Below are positions 1 to 11,266 of a stretch of DNA of 42,987 nucleotides, in pieces. The stretch lies in contig JAYPQH010000031.1 of the NCBI GenBank assembly GCA_038131935.1, positions 1-42,987 on the forward strand, read 5' to 3'. The notes below the pieces were generated by a model. It worked only from the letters and a program-made list of their open reading frames with translations, searched no databases and was not told the DNA's origin. Position 1 is the stretch's first letter; each line of letters begins with the position of its first letter. Position numbers and translations under genes: made by a program. The DNA comes from Alphaproteobacteria bacterium. GTDB lineage: Bacteria; Pseudomonadota; Alphaproteobacteria; UBA8317.

Positions 1-2190
<2,190 letters not shown>

Positions 2191-2191
<1 letters not shown>

Positions 2192-2883
2192 TGACCTACC
2201 TAGCCACACGAAATCGGGTTGAACAATATTTTGACCAAACAGCCACGGATGTTTGGGCAAGATTGACCTCGGATGCTCCTGTTTCAGGAATCCGGGCCAC
2301 TGTTCGTGCGGGCAGAGATAATATGCGCCAAGCATTCTTAGCGTCATTACCTAATGATTTGTCGCAATGTCGTATCCTTGATGCTGGTTGCGGCACAGGA
2401 GCGTTGAGCGTCCAACTCGCTTTACGCGGTGCACAAGTTGTTGCTGTCGATATAGCCCCACAACTTTTGGAAATAGCTCAAAAACGTTTACCAGAGGATC
2501 TAAAGGGTCAAGTTCAATTTTCGCATGCCGACATGCAGCAATCTGAACTAGGAACGTTTGATTATGTCGTGGCCATGGACTCCTTAATCTATTACACCAG
2601 CCAAGATATTGCCCTGGCCTTACATGCCATTAGTAAGCGGGTAGGCTATTCAATTCTATTTTCCCTGCCACCCAGAACCCTATTGCTGCAATGTATGTGG
2701 ACAGTGGGACGACTGTTTCCTCGTGCTGATAGAAGCCCTCTCATGGTACCCCAGCATGAGAGAGGTTTGAGGGCTGCATTTCATGCACATGATTTGCATG
2801 ATTGGGATTTTCAACAAAAAGAGCGGGTGCGTTCTGGGGTTTACCATGCACAGCTCTACAGGCTAAAGCGGGGGCTATGCTGA
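2191..2883 (+). CDS. bchM: Mg-protoporphyrin IX methyltransferase
   Basis: YFDQTATDVWARLTSDAPVSGIRATVRAGR, SAM motif ILDAGCGTG, AMDSLIYY; TGATG coupling to bchL. Confidence 0.96.
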
Positions 2884-4310
2884 TAAAAACCTCTCACCTC
2901 AAGCGCCTTACACTCCGGATGTTGCCATTTGCAGATGCAACAAGTGCAGAATTACCGTTGGGGCAGTTGCTGCGCTTATCGTTATTTCAAGTGTCAGTAG
3001 GCATGGCAGCTGTATTGTTATTGGGCACGCTTAATAGGGTGATGATCGTAGAATTATCAGTTCCAGCGGTGATTGTTGCCTTAATGATTTCTATTCCTGT
3101 TTTGATCGCACCTTTTCGTGCTCTCTTGGGTTTTCGTTCAGACAATCATCGTAGTGCTATAGGCTGGAAACGTATCCCTTATCTTTGGTTTGGAAGCTTA
3201 TGGCAATTCGGTGGTCTGGCTATTATGCCTATGGGTTTACTTGTCTTATCAGGAGACCAGTCAGTTGGCCCTAGTTGGGCAGGTGAGGTGGGGGCTTCGC
3301 TTGCGTTCTTATTTACAGGTTTAGGCATGCATATGACTCAAACCGCTGGTCTCGCCCTTGCAGCCGATCGAGCAAGTGATGAGAAAAGGCCCCGTGTCGT
3401 TGCTCTTCTCTATGTAATGTATCTTTTGGGTATGGCGGTTTCAGCTGTGATCATTGGTACATTACTGAGTGATTTTTCTCCATTGCGCTTGGTACAGGTG
3501 GTACAAGCCGCTGCTGTCGTAACGCTTTTACTAAATTTGATTGCTTTATGGAAACAAGAGCAGGTCCGGCCAATGTCGCGACAAGAGCGCGAGATGCCAA
3601 AGCCTAAGTTTCGAGATGCATGGCAAGATTTACTCCAGGGAGGCGATGCTGGTCGTTTGTTGCTGGTTGTGTTCATTGGAACCGTGGGCTTCAACATGCA
3701 AGATGTATTGCTTGAGCCATATGGAGGAGAAATTTTAGGTCTATCTGTCGCCTCCACCACCGTCCTTACTGCCATTTGGGCTATTGGAGCATTGGTTGGT
3801 TTTGCTTTAGCTGCCAAGCTTCTTAAAAAGGAATATGACCCACATTTGATCGCAGCACTCGGACTTTTGATGGGCCTTATGGCATTCGCCATGCTGATTT
3901 TATCGGCACCACTACAGACGGCCACCCTATTTTTCATGGGGGCGTTTCTGATTGGATTTGGAAATGGTTTGTTTGGTGTGTCGACGTTAACGATCGCCAT
4001 GACCATGCCGATATCTGGGTCAGCTGGTCGAGGGCTGGCATTAGGTGCATGGGGTGCTGCGCAGGCGACGGGTGCTGGTTTGGCAATCTTTTTTGGAGGT
4101 GCCATCAGGGATGGCATCAACATCCTGGCACTGTCAGGTGACCTGGGCCAGGCTTTGGCATCACAAGCCACTGGTTATTCCATTGTTTATCACACCGAGC
4201 TGGGATTGTTGTTTCTCACGCTCATTGCATTGGGGCCGTTGGTCAAAAGACGACCCCTTCAACAAAGTCAAACCCAAAAGCAAATGGGGTTGGCGGACTT
4301 TCCAACATGA
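2877..4310 (+). CDS. lhaA: LH1 assembly protein LhaA (PucC-family MFS)
   Basis: LPFADATSAELPLGQLLRLSLFQVSVGM, LGTLNRVMIVEL, MQDVLLEPYGG, C-terminal GLADFPT; lies between bchM and puhA. Confidence 0.93.
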   Translation: MLIKTSHLKRLTLRMLPFADATSAELPLGQLLRLSLFQVSVGMAAVLLLGTLNRVMIVELSVPAVIVALMISIPVLIAPFRALLGFRSDNHRSAIGWKRIPYLWFGSLWQFGGLAIMPMGLLVLSGDQSVGPSWAGEVGASLAFLFTGLGMHMTQTAGLALAADRASDEKRPRVVALLYVMYLLGMAVSAVIIGTLLSDFSPLRLVQVVQAAAVVTLLLNLIALWKQEQVRPMSRQEREMPKPKFRDAWQDLLQGGDAGRLLLVVFIGTVGFNMQDVLLEPYGGEILGLSVASTTVLTAIWAIGALVGFALAAKLLKKEYDPHLIAALGLLMGLMAFAMLILSAPLQTATLFFMGAFLIGFGNGLFGVSTLTIAMTMPISGSAGRGLALGAWGAAQATGAGLAIFFGGAIRDGINILALSGDLGQALASQATGYSIVYHTELGLLFLTLIALGPLVKRRPLQQSQTQKQMGLADFPT

Positions 4311-4322
4311 GGGAGACACAAA

Positions 4323-5096
4323 ATGGTTGGCATAACATTTTTTGGTGAAACGGATTTGGCAACCTTATCCATATGGTTGTTTTGGTTGTTTTTCGCGGGG
4401 CTGATATACTATTTACAAACTGAGAATATGCGTGAGGGATTCCCTCTTGTTAATGATGATGGGGTGGCTAACAAAGGCAAATGGGCGTGGCCACTGTTGC
4501 GCGACAAAACATTTATTCTTCCCCATGATCGTGGTTCTTTGACGGTGCCATCAGGTCAACGCGGCGACCGCGATGACTTGGCTTTGGCTAGAACGGCATT
4601 GCATAGTGGTGCTCCCTATGAGCCAACAGGTAACGCTATGGTGGATGGTGTGGGACCAGCCTCTTGGGCACCTAGAAGGGATGTTCCTGAGTTAGATGCA
4701 CATGGTCATGCTAAAATCCGACCTCTTTCAGAAGTGGAAGAATTTCATGTTTCTGCAGGTCGTGACCCTAGGGGCAAGGCTGTTGTCGGTGGTGATGGTG
4801 AAGTCGTGGGTCGGGTTGTAGATATGTGGATTGATATCCCAGAGGCTCTGGTTCGTTACCTGACTGTAGATTTAAACCCAGAAGGATCAGGAAACCTCGT
4901 TCTTGTACCTATGACCATGGCAACCATTAAATCTGACCGTGTCACGGTTGAAAACCTTTTTGAGCATCAGTGGCAAGACATTCCTCGATTAAGTTCTATG
5001 AGTGAGATCACCATGCTCGAGGAAGAAAAAATTTCTGCTTATGTAGCGGGTGGTAAATTTTATTCTTCAGCCAGCGCGCATGAGGCGAAGCTGTAA
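4323..5096 (+). CDS. puhA: Reaction centre H subunit
   Basis: FFGETDLATLSIWLFWLFFAGLIYYLQTENMREGFPL, GVGPASWAPRRD, EITMLEEEKISAYVAGG. Confidence 0.97.
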   Translation: MVGITFFGETDLATLSIWLFWLFFAGLIYYLQTENMREGFPLVNDDGVANKGKWAWPLLRDKTFILPHDRGSLTVPSGQRGDRDDLALARTALHSGAPYEPTGNAMVDGVGPASWAPRRDVPELDAHGHAKIRPLSEVEEFHVSAGRDPRGKAVVGGDGEVVGRVVDMWIDIPEALVRYLTVDLNPEGSGNLVLVPMTMATIKSDRVTVENLFEHQWQDIPRLSSMSEITMLEEEKISAYVAGGKFYSSASAHEAKL

Positions 5097-5103
5097 ATAA
5101 AAA

Positions 5104-5142
5104 AGGATGGCGCCCAACATGAAACGAGACAAGCGCCATCCT
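5104..5142 (+). other. Intercistronic stem-loop between puhA and puhB
   Basis: Perfect 10-bp inverted repeat AGGATGGCGC...GCGCCATCCT with 19-nt loop and no downstream U-tract. Confidence 0.65.
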
Positions 5143-5173
5143 ATCATGAACAATTGTAAAGAGGTGGGAAGTC

Positions 5174-5809
5174 ATGGATCATGATGATTTCGCAGGAGAA
5201 CCAGTAAAAGGGCTGCCAGAACAATTACCCGAAGGCGAAGGTATTCTTTGGCAAGGGCGGCCATCAAGCTGGCGATTGGCTCAAGAGGCACTTTGGTTGC
5301 GAAGTGCAGCATTCTACTTTGTGCTGTTAATTGGTTGGCGGTTCGTTGCATCGTTATCACAAGTAGGTGTTGGGGAGGCAGTTCTTCATTGTGTGCCATT
5401 TGTTGGAGCAATGATCCTTTGTTTGGGTATCATCTATCTTGTTGCTTATGTTCTATCTCAAACGACTTTGTATACAATCACCAATCGGAGGGTGGCGCTG
5501 CGCGTTGGTGTTGTTGTCACGCTTAATCTAAATATCCCGCATCGAATGGTGGCGAACGCGCTACTCTCTCCATCTTCACAAGGCCATGGTACCCTTGCGT
5601 TGGAGATTAAAGGGGACACAAGGGTAAGTTATTTGATGATTTGGCCCCATGTCCGCCCTTGGTACATGAGTAAGGCCCAACCAGCATTGCGTTGCATTCC
5701 CAACGCGCAAGAGGTCGCCCAAATTTTCGCGGATGCCGCAAATGCACGCGTCAATGAGCCAATTATTTCAAGGCGCAATATCGATGACTCTGCAATTGCA
5801 GCGCAATAA
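5174..5809 (+). CDS. puhB: Photosynthetic complex assembly protein PuhB
   Basis: EPVKGLPEQLPEGEGILWQGRP, YTITNRRV, WPHVRPW, PALRCIP. Confidence 0.94.
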   Translation: MDHDDFAGEPVKGLPEQLPEGEGILWQGRPSSWRLAQEALWLRSAAFYFVLLIGWRFVASLSQVGVGEAVLHCVPFVGAMILCLGIIYLVAYVLSQTTLYTITNRRVALRVGVVVTLNLNIPHRMVANALLSPSSQGHGTLALEIKGDTRVSYLMIWPHVRPWYMSKAQPALRCIPNAQEVAQIFADAANARVNEPIISRRNIDDSAIAAQ

Positions 5810-5820
5810 ATAAGGAGGGA

Positions 5821-6300
5821 GTGGATATGCAACATTCATTACGATCTAAAGACCCGCATCGCGAGATGGTACCCATGGTTCTGATACGTGCCATGTTTGC
5901 CTTGATGTTTATTACAACGGGACTTGTTGCCTATGCTCAATGGGCTCAGCTTCCTCAGGTGGGGGTTCCAGAAGCATCTCCTGTGGTCCGTGCATTAACA
6001 GCAAGGTTGGTAACCCATCCCCATGGCAAAACAGTCGTTCTTGATGAACAAAATCGTGTCTTGGCCTCTTCAAGTGATCCCATGAACGGATTTATAGATG
6101 TTATTGGTCGTGCAAACGCACGTGCAAGACTCGTGGCAGGAACCGATGTGAATACCCCTGTGGTCATTGTGCAGCGGCAAAATGGGCATGTGGCAATTGA
6201 GGATCTAACACGCGGAGATACCATTGAATTGGTCGGTTATGGTGCCGATAATGTTGCAGCATTTACCTCGCTTCTTGAACGATATGGACGCGCATTATGA
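5821..6300 (+). CDS. puhC: Photosynthetic complex assembly protein PuhC
   Basis: One N-terminal TM helix, GFIDVIGRANARAR, IELVGYGADNVAAF; follows puhB; AGGAGG RBS. Confidence 0.9.
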   Translation: MDMQHSLRSKDPHREMVPMVLIRAMFALMFITTGLVAYAQWAQLPQVGVPEASPVVRALTARLVTHPHGKTVVLDEQNRVLASSSDPMNGFIDVIGRANARARLVAGTDVNTPVVIVQRQNGHVAIEDLTRGDTIELVGYGADNVAAFTSLLERYGRAL

Positions 6301-6599
6301 GTGGGTTTTTGTGGTCTCGAAAAACAGAACATGTTCCTTGTACCGTCACCGTGAGTCACCGTTTCGAGGAACTTTCAGCGCATGTAAAATTTGACAATGG
6401 AGCGGTTGTATTTCCTGGTGATACGGTCACTGTGCAGGGGCCAGAAGTCATGGCACCTTTTGGCACTGTCGTTGAACAAACAAGGGTTGCCATTATTGAG
6501 CGTGCACCCTTCTGGAGCCGTTGGTGGACCAAGGCAACCGGAGACTTTGGTTGTCTTGAATTATTTGAATTTAACTTTTCAGAGGAGGTGTTGTCGTGA
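6297..6599 (+). CDS. bciE: Accessory subunit of the alphaproteobacterial O2-dependent cyclase (BciE-like)
   Basis: 100 aa immediately upstream of acsF; [30 protein letters not shown] and C-terminal EFNFSEE match the recalled Rhodobacter sphaeroides BciE pattern. Confidence 0.85.
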   Translation: MSGFLWSRKTEHVPCTVTVSHRFEELSAHVKFDNGAVVFPGDTVTVQGPEVMAPFGTVVEQTRVAIIERAPFWSRWWTKATGDFGCLELFEFNFSEEVLS

Positions 6600-7722
6600 A
6601 TATGCAGGTCATAAAACATTCAGCAGATGCGCAAACTGCGGAAGAGGGGTTGGCAGCACCCAACATGACAATTCCAGTCAACACAGATGAAGCCACAGCT
6701 GTCGCCATGCGTGACACACTTCTTACACCACGTTTCTACACAACTGATTTTGATGCGCTTGATAAAATAGATGTTTCACCTGTTCGGCAGGAATGGGATG
6801 CACTGATTAATGAAATGAAAGATGATGGAAACAAGGGGCACTTCAAAAAGAATGAAGATTGGGATGAAGTAGATTGGGAACATATGGACCCTGCATTGAA
6901 GTCAGAATTTATTGACTTTTTGATATCTTCCTGCACAGCTGAATTTTCGGGTTGCGTATTGTATAAAGAAATGAAACGCCGTGGCGAAAACGAGGATATC
7001 ACGACGTTGTTTCAACTTATGGCCCGAGATGAAGCGCGTCATGCAGGCTTTATTAATGATGCATTGCGTGAAGCTGGTGTGGGCATAAACCTAGGCTTTT
7101 TAACACAGGCAAAAAAATATACATATTTTCAGCCAAAATTTATTTTTATGCCACCTATTTGTCTGAAAAAATTGGATATGCGCGCTATATCACTATTTTT
7201 AGGCATTTGCAGGCGCATCCTGAACATCGATTTCACCCTATTTTTAAGTGGTTTGAACAATGGTGCAATGATGAATTTAGGCATGGGGAAGCCTTTGCAT
7301 TATTGATGCGGACAGATCCGAAATTAACCACTGGTATCAATAAATATTGGATCAAATTCTTCTTAACTGCTGTATTTGCGACCATGTGGATTCGCGATCA
7401 TCAGCGCCCTGTTTTTCACGAAGCATTAGGTGTTGACCCTGAGTGGTATGGGCAGGAAGTGTTTCGAAAAACATCAGAGATAAGTCGGCAAATTTTTCCA
7501 TTGGTTTTGGATATTGATCATCCCTCTTGGCTAAAAGGACTAAAGAGATTGCAACAGGCAAATGAGAAGCTTGTTGAGGCAAAGAAACGTAAAGGTCTTG
7601 TGGGAAGGTTAGGGCAGCTTGCAGCGAGTATGCAGGTTGGTATGGCCTTTGTACGATTGCTTGTCATTCCAAGTATATCTAATGAGCAGCCCGATACCAG
7701 TCGTTTACAGCCTGCATATTGA
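6596..7722 (+). CDS. acsF: Aerobic Mg-protoporphyrin monomethyl ester cyclase (frameshift in T-run 7143-7147)
   Basis: [33 protein letters not shown], then [10 protein letters not shown] and [10 protein letters not shown] diiron motifs; one extra T restores [12 protein letters not shown]. Confidence 0.95.
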
Positions 7723-7735
7723 GAAATTGGCTTTG

Positions 7736-8557
7736 ATGATGTTGTTTCAATCTCCTATGTTCGCGATGATGGTGGCTTTGTTTCTCTGGTGGTTTTTCAC
7801 TGGATGTATCATGCTCGCCGTACGATTTGCAGATCGTCGAGGTGGCAACGCACATTTTATGTTATGGGTAACGGCAGCTCCCTTCATAGGTGTTGGGTTT
7901 TACTGTGTTGCGTATTCCTTGGATACAACCACTGTTTTGTCTTCCTATATTGGGTTCATAGGCGCTTTGTTGGTGTGGGGCTGGCTGGAACTGGGGTTTT
8001 TAACTGGTGTGGTCACCGGTGAGCATGATCACCATGCGCAAGCGCCGCGCTCTGTTGCCAGACAGTCCAACCTCATGGGAGCTGTGAAGGCTCTCATGTA
8101 TCATGAAATTAGTTTGCTTTTGGGGTTGTTGCTGCTCCTGGCGATGAGTCATGAAGCTCGTAACCACATAGCAGTCTATACTTACGCCATTCTGTTTGTT
8201 GCGCGTATTGGCGCAAAGCTCAATTTATTTTTTGGTGTGCCACGAATAAATAAACAATTTATTCCCGCCAGACTTTTACATTTAAAGGGTTTTTTGCACG
8301 AAGGTCCTATTTCCATCGCGTTTCCCATTGTGATAACTGCACTAACAGGGCTATTGGTTCTGCTCCTTTTTGCACTATGGCGTGCTGAAGAGCAGGGCGT
8401 AATTGTCGCTCATGCCTTGTTAGCTAGTTTGGTAGGGTTAGCTTTGTTGGAACATTGGTTGATGGTGGTACCGTTACCTGACGCAAAATTATGGCAGTGG
8501 ATGTTGCCGGAGTCCGTACAAGAATACGAAGAAAAGGGAAAATACCATGAACTATGA
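7736..8557 (+). CDS. puhE: Photosynthetic complex assembly protein PuhE
   Basis: ALFLWWFFTG, WGWLELGFLTG, ARIGAKLNLFFGVP, LEHWLMVVPLPDAKLWQW; lies between acsF and hemA. Confidence 0.92.
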   Translation: MMLFQSPMFAMMVALFLWWFFTGCIMLAVRFADRRGGNAHFMLWVTAAPFIGVGFYCVAYSLDTTTVLSSYIGFIGALLVWGWLELGFLTGVVTGEHDHHAQAPRSVARQSNLMGAVKALMYHEISLLLGLLLLLAMSHEARNHIAVYTYAILFVARIGAKLNLFFGVPRINKQFIPARLLHLKGFLHEGPISIAFPIVITALTGLLVLLLFALWRAEEQGVIVAHALLASLVGLALLEHWLMVVPLPDAKLWQWMLPESVQEYEEKGKYHEL

Positions 8558-9761
8558 TGATCTGTTCAATGAGCAACTGGAAGCCTTAAAACATGAGGGA
8601 AATTATCGTTATTTTGCGCAACTAGAGCGCCAAACTGGCGCATTTCCCCGCGCGTCGCATTTTCATGAAGATCAGGTTCAAGAAATTACCGTTTGGTGCT
8701 CCAACGATTATTTGGGCATGGGGCAACATCCTGATGTGGTAAAAGCCATGTGTGATGCCGTTCAAAAAACAGGTGTTGGCGCAGGTGGTACGAGGAATAT
8801 ATCAGGGACAAGCCGCGCACATATGTTGCTCGAAAAAGAACTTGCTGATCTTCATGGTAAAGAGTCAGCTTTGCTGTTTACATCTGGCTATGTCTCAAAC
8901 TGGGCGTGACTTTCCACACTTGGTTCTCGACTTCCCAATTGCGTTATCATTTCCGATGAAGGAAATCATGCTTCCATGATTGAGGGGATAAGACATTCTC
9001 GTGCCCAGAAAATGATTTTCCGACATAATGACGTTAAAGATCTTGAGGAAAAATTAGCCTCATTGCCTGCAGATATCCCCAAAGTTGTTGCATTCGAGAG
9101 TGTATATTCCATGGATGGAGACATCGCACCTATCGAAGCAATATTAGATGTTGCTGAAAAGTATGGAGCCATGACCTATCTTGATGAGGTTCATGCAGTT
9201 GGGATGTATGGCCCCCGTGGAGGCGGTGTCAGTGAGCGCGATGGTGTCGCAGACCGTGTTACCCTCATTGAAGGAACATTAGGCAAAGCTTTTGGCTGCG
9301 TTGGAGGATACATAACAGGCTCTGCAGCTTTATGCGATTTTTTAAGATCTTTCGCCAGTGGATTTATTTTTACCACAGCATTGCCTCCAGCGGTTGCAAC
9401 AGCTGCGACCGCCTCCATACGCCATTTAAAGCAATCCCAAGTTGAGCGTAATCTACATCGAGAGAGGGTTGCAGGTCTTCGTAGGCGTTTAGATGAGGCC
9501 GGTATTCCGCACATGAAGAATGAAAGCCATATCGTACCTGTTTTGATAAAAGATCCTGTGAAAACGCGCATGTTGGCTGATTACCTCATGCAAGAATGGG
9601 GTATTTATGTGCAGCCAATCAATTACCCAACGGTACCAAAAGGAACGGAAAGGTTGCGTTTTACCCCATCACCAATGCACTCTGAGCAAGATCTTGACCA
9701 TCTTGTCAAAGCCCTAAAAAGTCTTTGGCAACGCTGTGCCTTAGCGCATGTAGCTGCGTAA
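8547..9761 (+). CDS. hemA: 5-aminolevulinate synthase, interrupted by an in-frame TGA at 8907-8909
   Basis: [71 protein letters not shown] lysine in GTLGKAFG; both ORF halves share one frame. Confidence 0.93.
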
Positions 9762-9854
9762 AAATTTTTCTTCACAGGGATCGACAATTGCTATTGGTGC
9801 ACTAAATTTTTCTCTGCACACAATTTCAATTTTTTGGTGCCGTGTTGGGAGTTT

Positions 9855-10292
9855 ATGATGAAAAAAATATTAATGGGTTTGGCGGTGTCCCTGATAGCAT
9901 CTCCGCTTTATGCAGGTGGTCATGGTGCAAGTGGTGATGCAGCAGAAGGTGAAAAAGCCTTCAAAAAATGCGTTGCCTGTCATGTTGTGCAGGATGACAG
10001 CGGTAAGGTGCTTGCTGGTCGAAATGCCAAAACAGGGCCTAACCTTTACAACATCGTGGGGCGTGCACCTGGCTCAGCAGATTTTAAATATGGAAAGTCA
10101 CTCGCTGAATATGGTCAAAAAGACGGTGTCGTGTGGGGTGAAGAAAATTTTGTGGCTTACGTACAAGATCCCACAGGCTTCTTAAAGGAAGTCTTAGATG
10201 ACAAGCGGGCTCGGGGTAAAATGAGCTACAAAGTTAAAAAAGAAGAAGATGCAGTGAATCTTTACGCGTATCTTGCACAATTTTCTAAATAA
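9855..10292 (+). CDS. cycA: Cytochrome c2 (periplasmic reaction-centre electron donor)
   Basis: Signal peptide MKKILMGLAVSLIASPLYA, haem motif CVACH, KTGPNLY, axial Met in GKMSY. Confidence 0.93.
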   Translation: MMKKILMGLAVSLIASPLYAGGHGASGDAAEGEKAFKKCVACHVVQDDSGKVLAGRNAKTGPNLYNIVGRAPGSADFKYGKSLAEYGQKDGVVWGEENFVAYVQDPTGFLKEVLDDKRARGKMSYKVKKEEDAVNLYAYLAQFSK

Positions 10293-10313
10293 GTGCGAAC
10301 ATAATCATTGTTT

Positions 10314-10341
10314 AAAAAAGGGTGAGTCTTCGCCCTTTTTT
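10314..10341. terminator. Bidirectional intrinsic terminator between convergent cycA and bchO
   Basis: AAAAAAGGGTGA-GTCT-TCGCCCTTTTTT hairpin flanked by A and T tracts. Confidence 0.85.
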
Positions 10342-10395
10342 GTTTTTTATAGGATAAATTGACCTGCCAAAGATTGAGGAAAAACCCTTCTCGCA

Positions 10396-11266
10396 TCAAT
10401 GTTGAGGGCCATGATTGCGCCACTCCGTTTGGATCAAATCCGCAATGATATCCGGTTCTGTCTCATGGAACAAATGGCCTCCTTGTTCAATCAGCTGAAC
10501 CTTTGCATGGGAAAGGTAGGTGGCTGTATCGATGCTGGTTTTTGCAGGTACGGTGAGATCTCCCTTATTTGCAAGCATGATAACCTTGTGACAGATTGAC
10601 CGTAGATACCGCATCAAATCAGTTAGATCCCATTGTGCCATCATGAGTAATGCGCCATCCACATGACGTGCAGTCTTCACCAATTTTGTGTATCTTTCCG
10701 TCATTTCCTCTGTTGGATCACTTCCTGTGCTCAGCAATAGTTGCCGGACGCGCTGCTCATTCATTTGATAGGACGCAAGCCTTGAAGTCAGTGGATTTAA
10801 GGCCATAAGCTTGGCCAGTGTTGGGAAAAGCCATCCTGCTAAACCCTCAAACTTTGCAACAGCGGCATTGAGGGTGAGGATCAATGTTTCAGGGCGTAAG
10901 GTAGGCTTGTCGCGCCATTTCTAGTGAAATGGCTGCGCCAGCTGAATGACCCACAACAATATCAGGGGTTAAATTTAGGTGCCCCATTAGCCGTGCGATA
11001 TCCTCAGCCATCGGTCCTACGTTGCTTCGATGCCGTCGACCTAATTTTGTTTCGCCATGTCCAGGTAAATCCAATGCAAAACAAGACATTGAATCACCCA
11101 ACAATTGTGCCACCCTCGTAAAGCTACAACCGTCAGCTCCAGTGCCATGCAGGAAAAGAATTATCGGGCCATCTTGATGACCCATCTGACGCACCATCCA
11201 TTCATGTGGTAAAACACGTACCCGCTGAGTTAACCATTGATGTTCTACCTTATTGGATTGGGGCAT
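10396..11266 (-). CDS. bchO: Alpha/beta hydrolase BchO (frameshift near 10890)
   Basis: LHGTGA, LDLPGHGET, nucleophile VGHSAGA, HVDGALLMMAQW, GHLFHE; follows bchD. Confidence 0.88.

Noticed and set aside
3410-4171. 253-aa antisense ORF inside lhaA
   Set aside because: Shadow of a hydrophobic MFS gene in register with the sense codons; no motifs or RBS.
8907-8960. Selenocysteine or genetic-code reassignment at the hemA TGA
   Set aside because: The position is not a cysteine site, no convincing SECIS-like hairpin follows, and TGA is the ordinary stop for many genes here (bchH, bchL, pufA, pufM).
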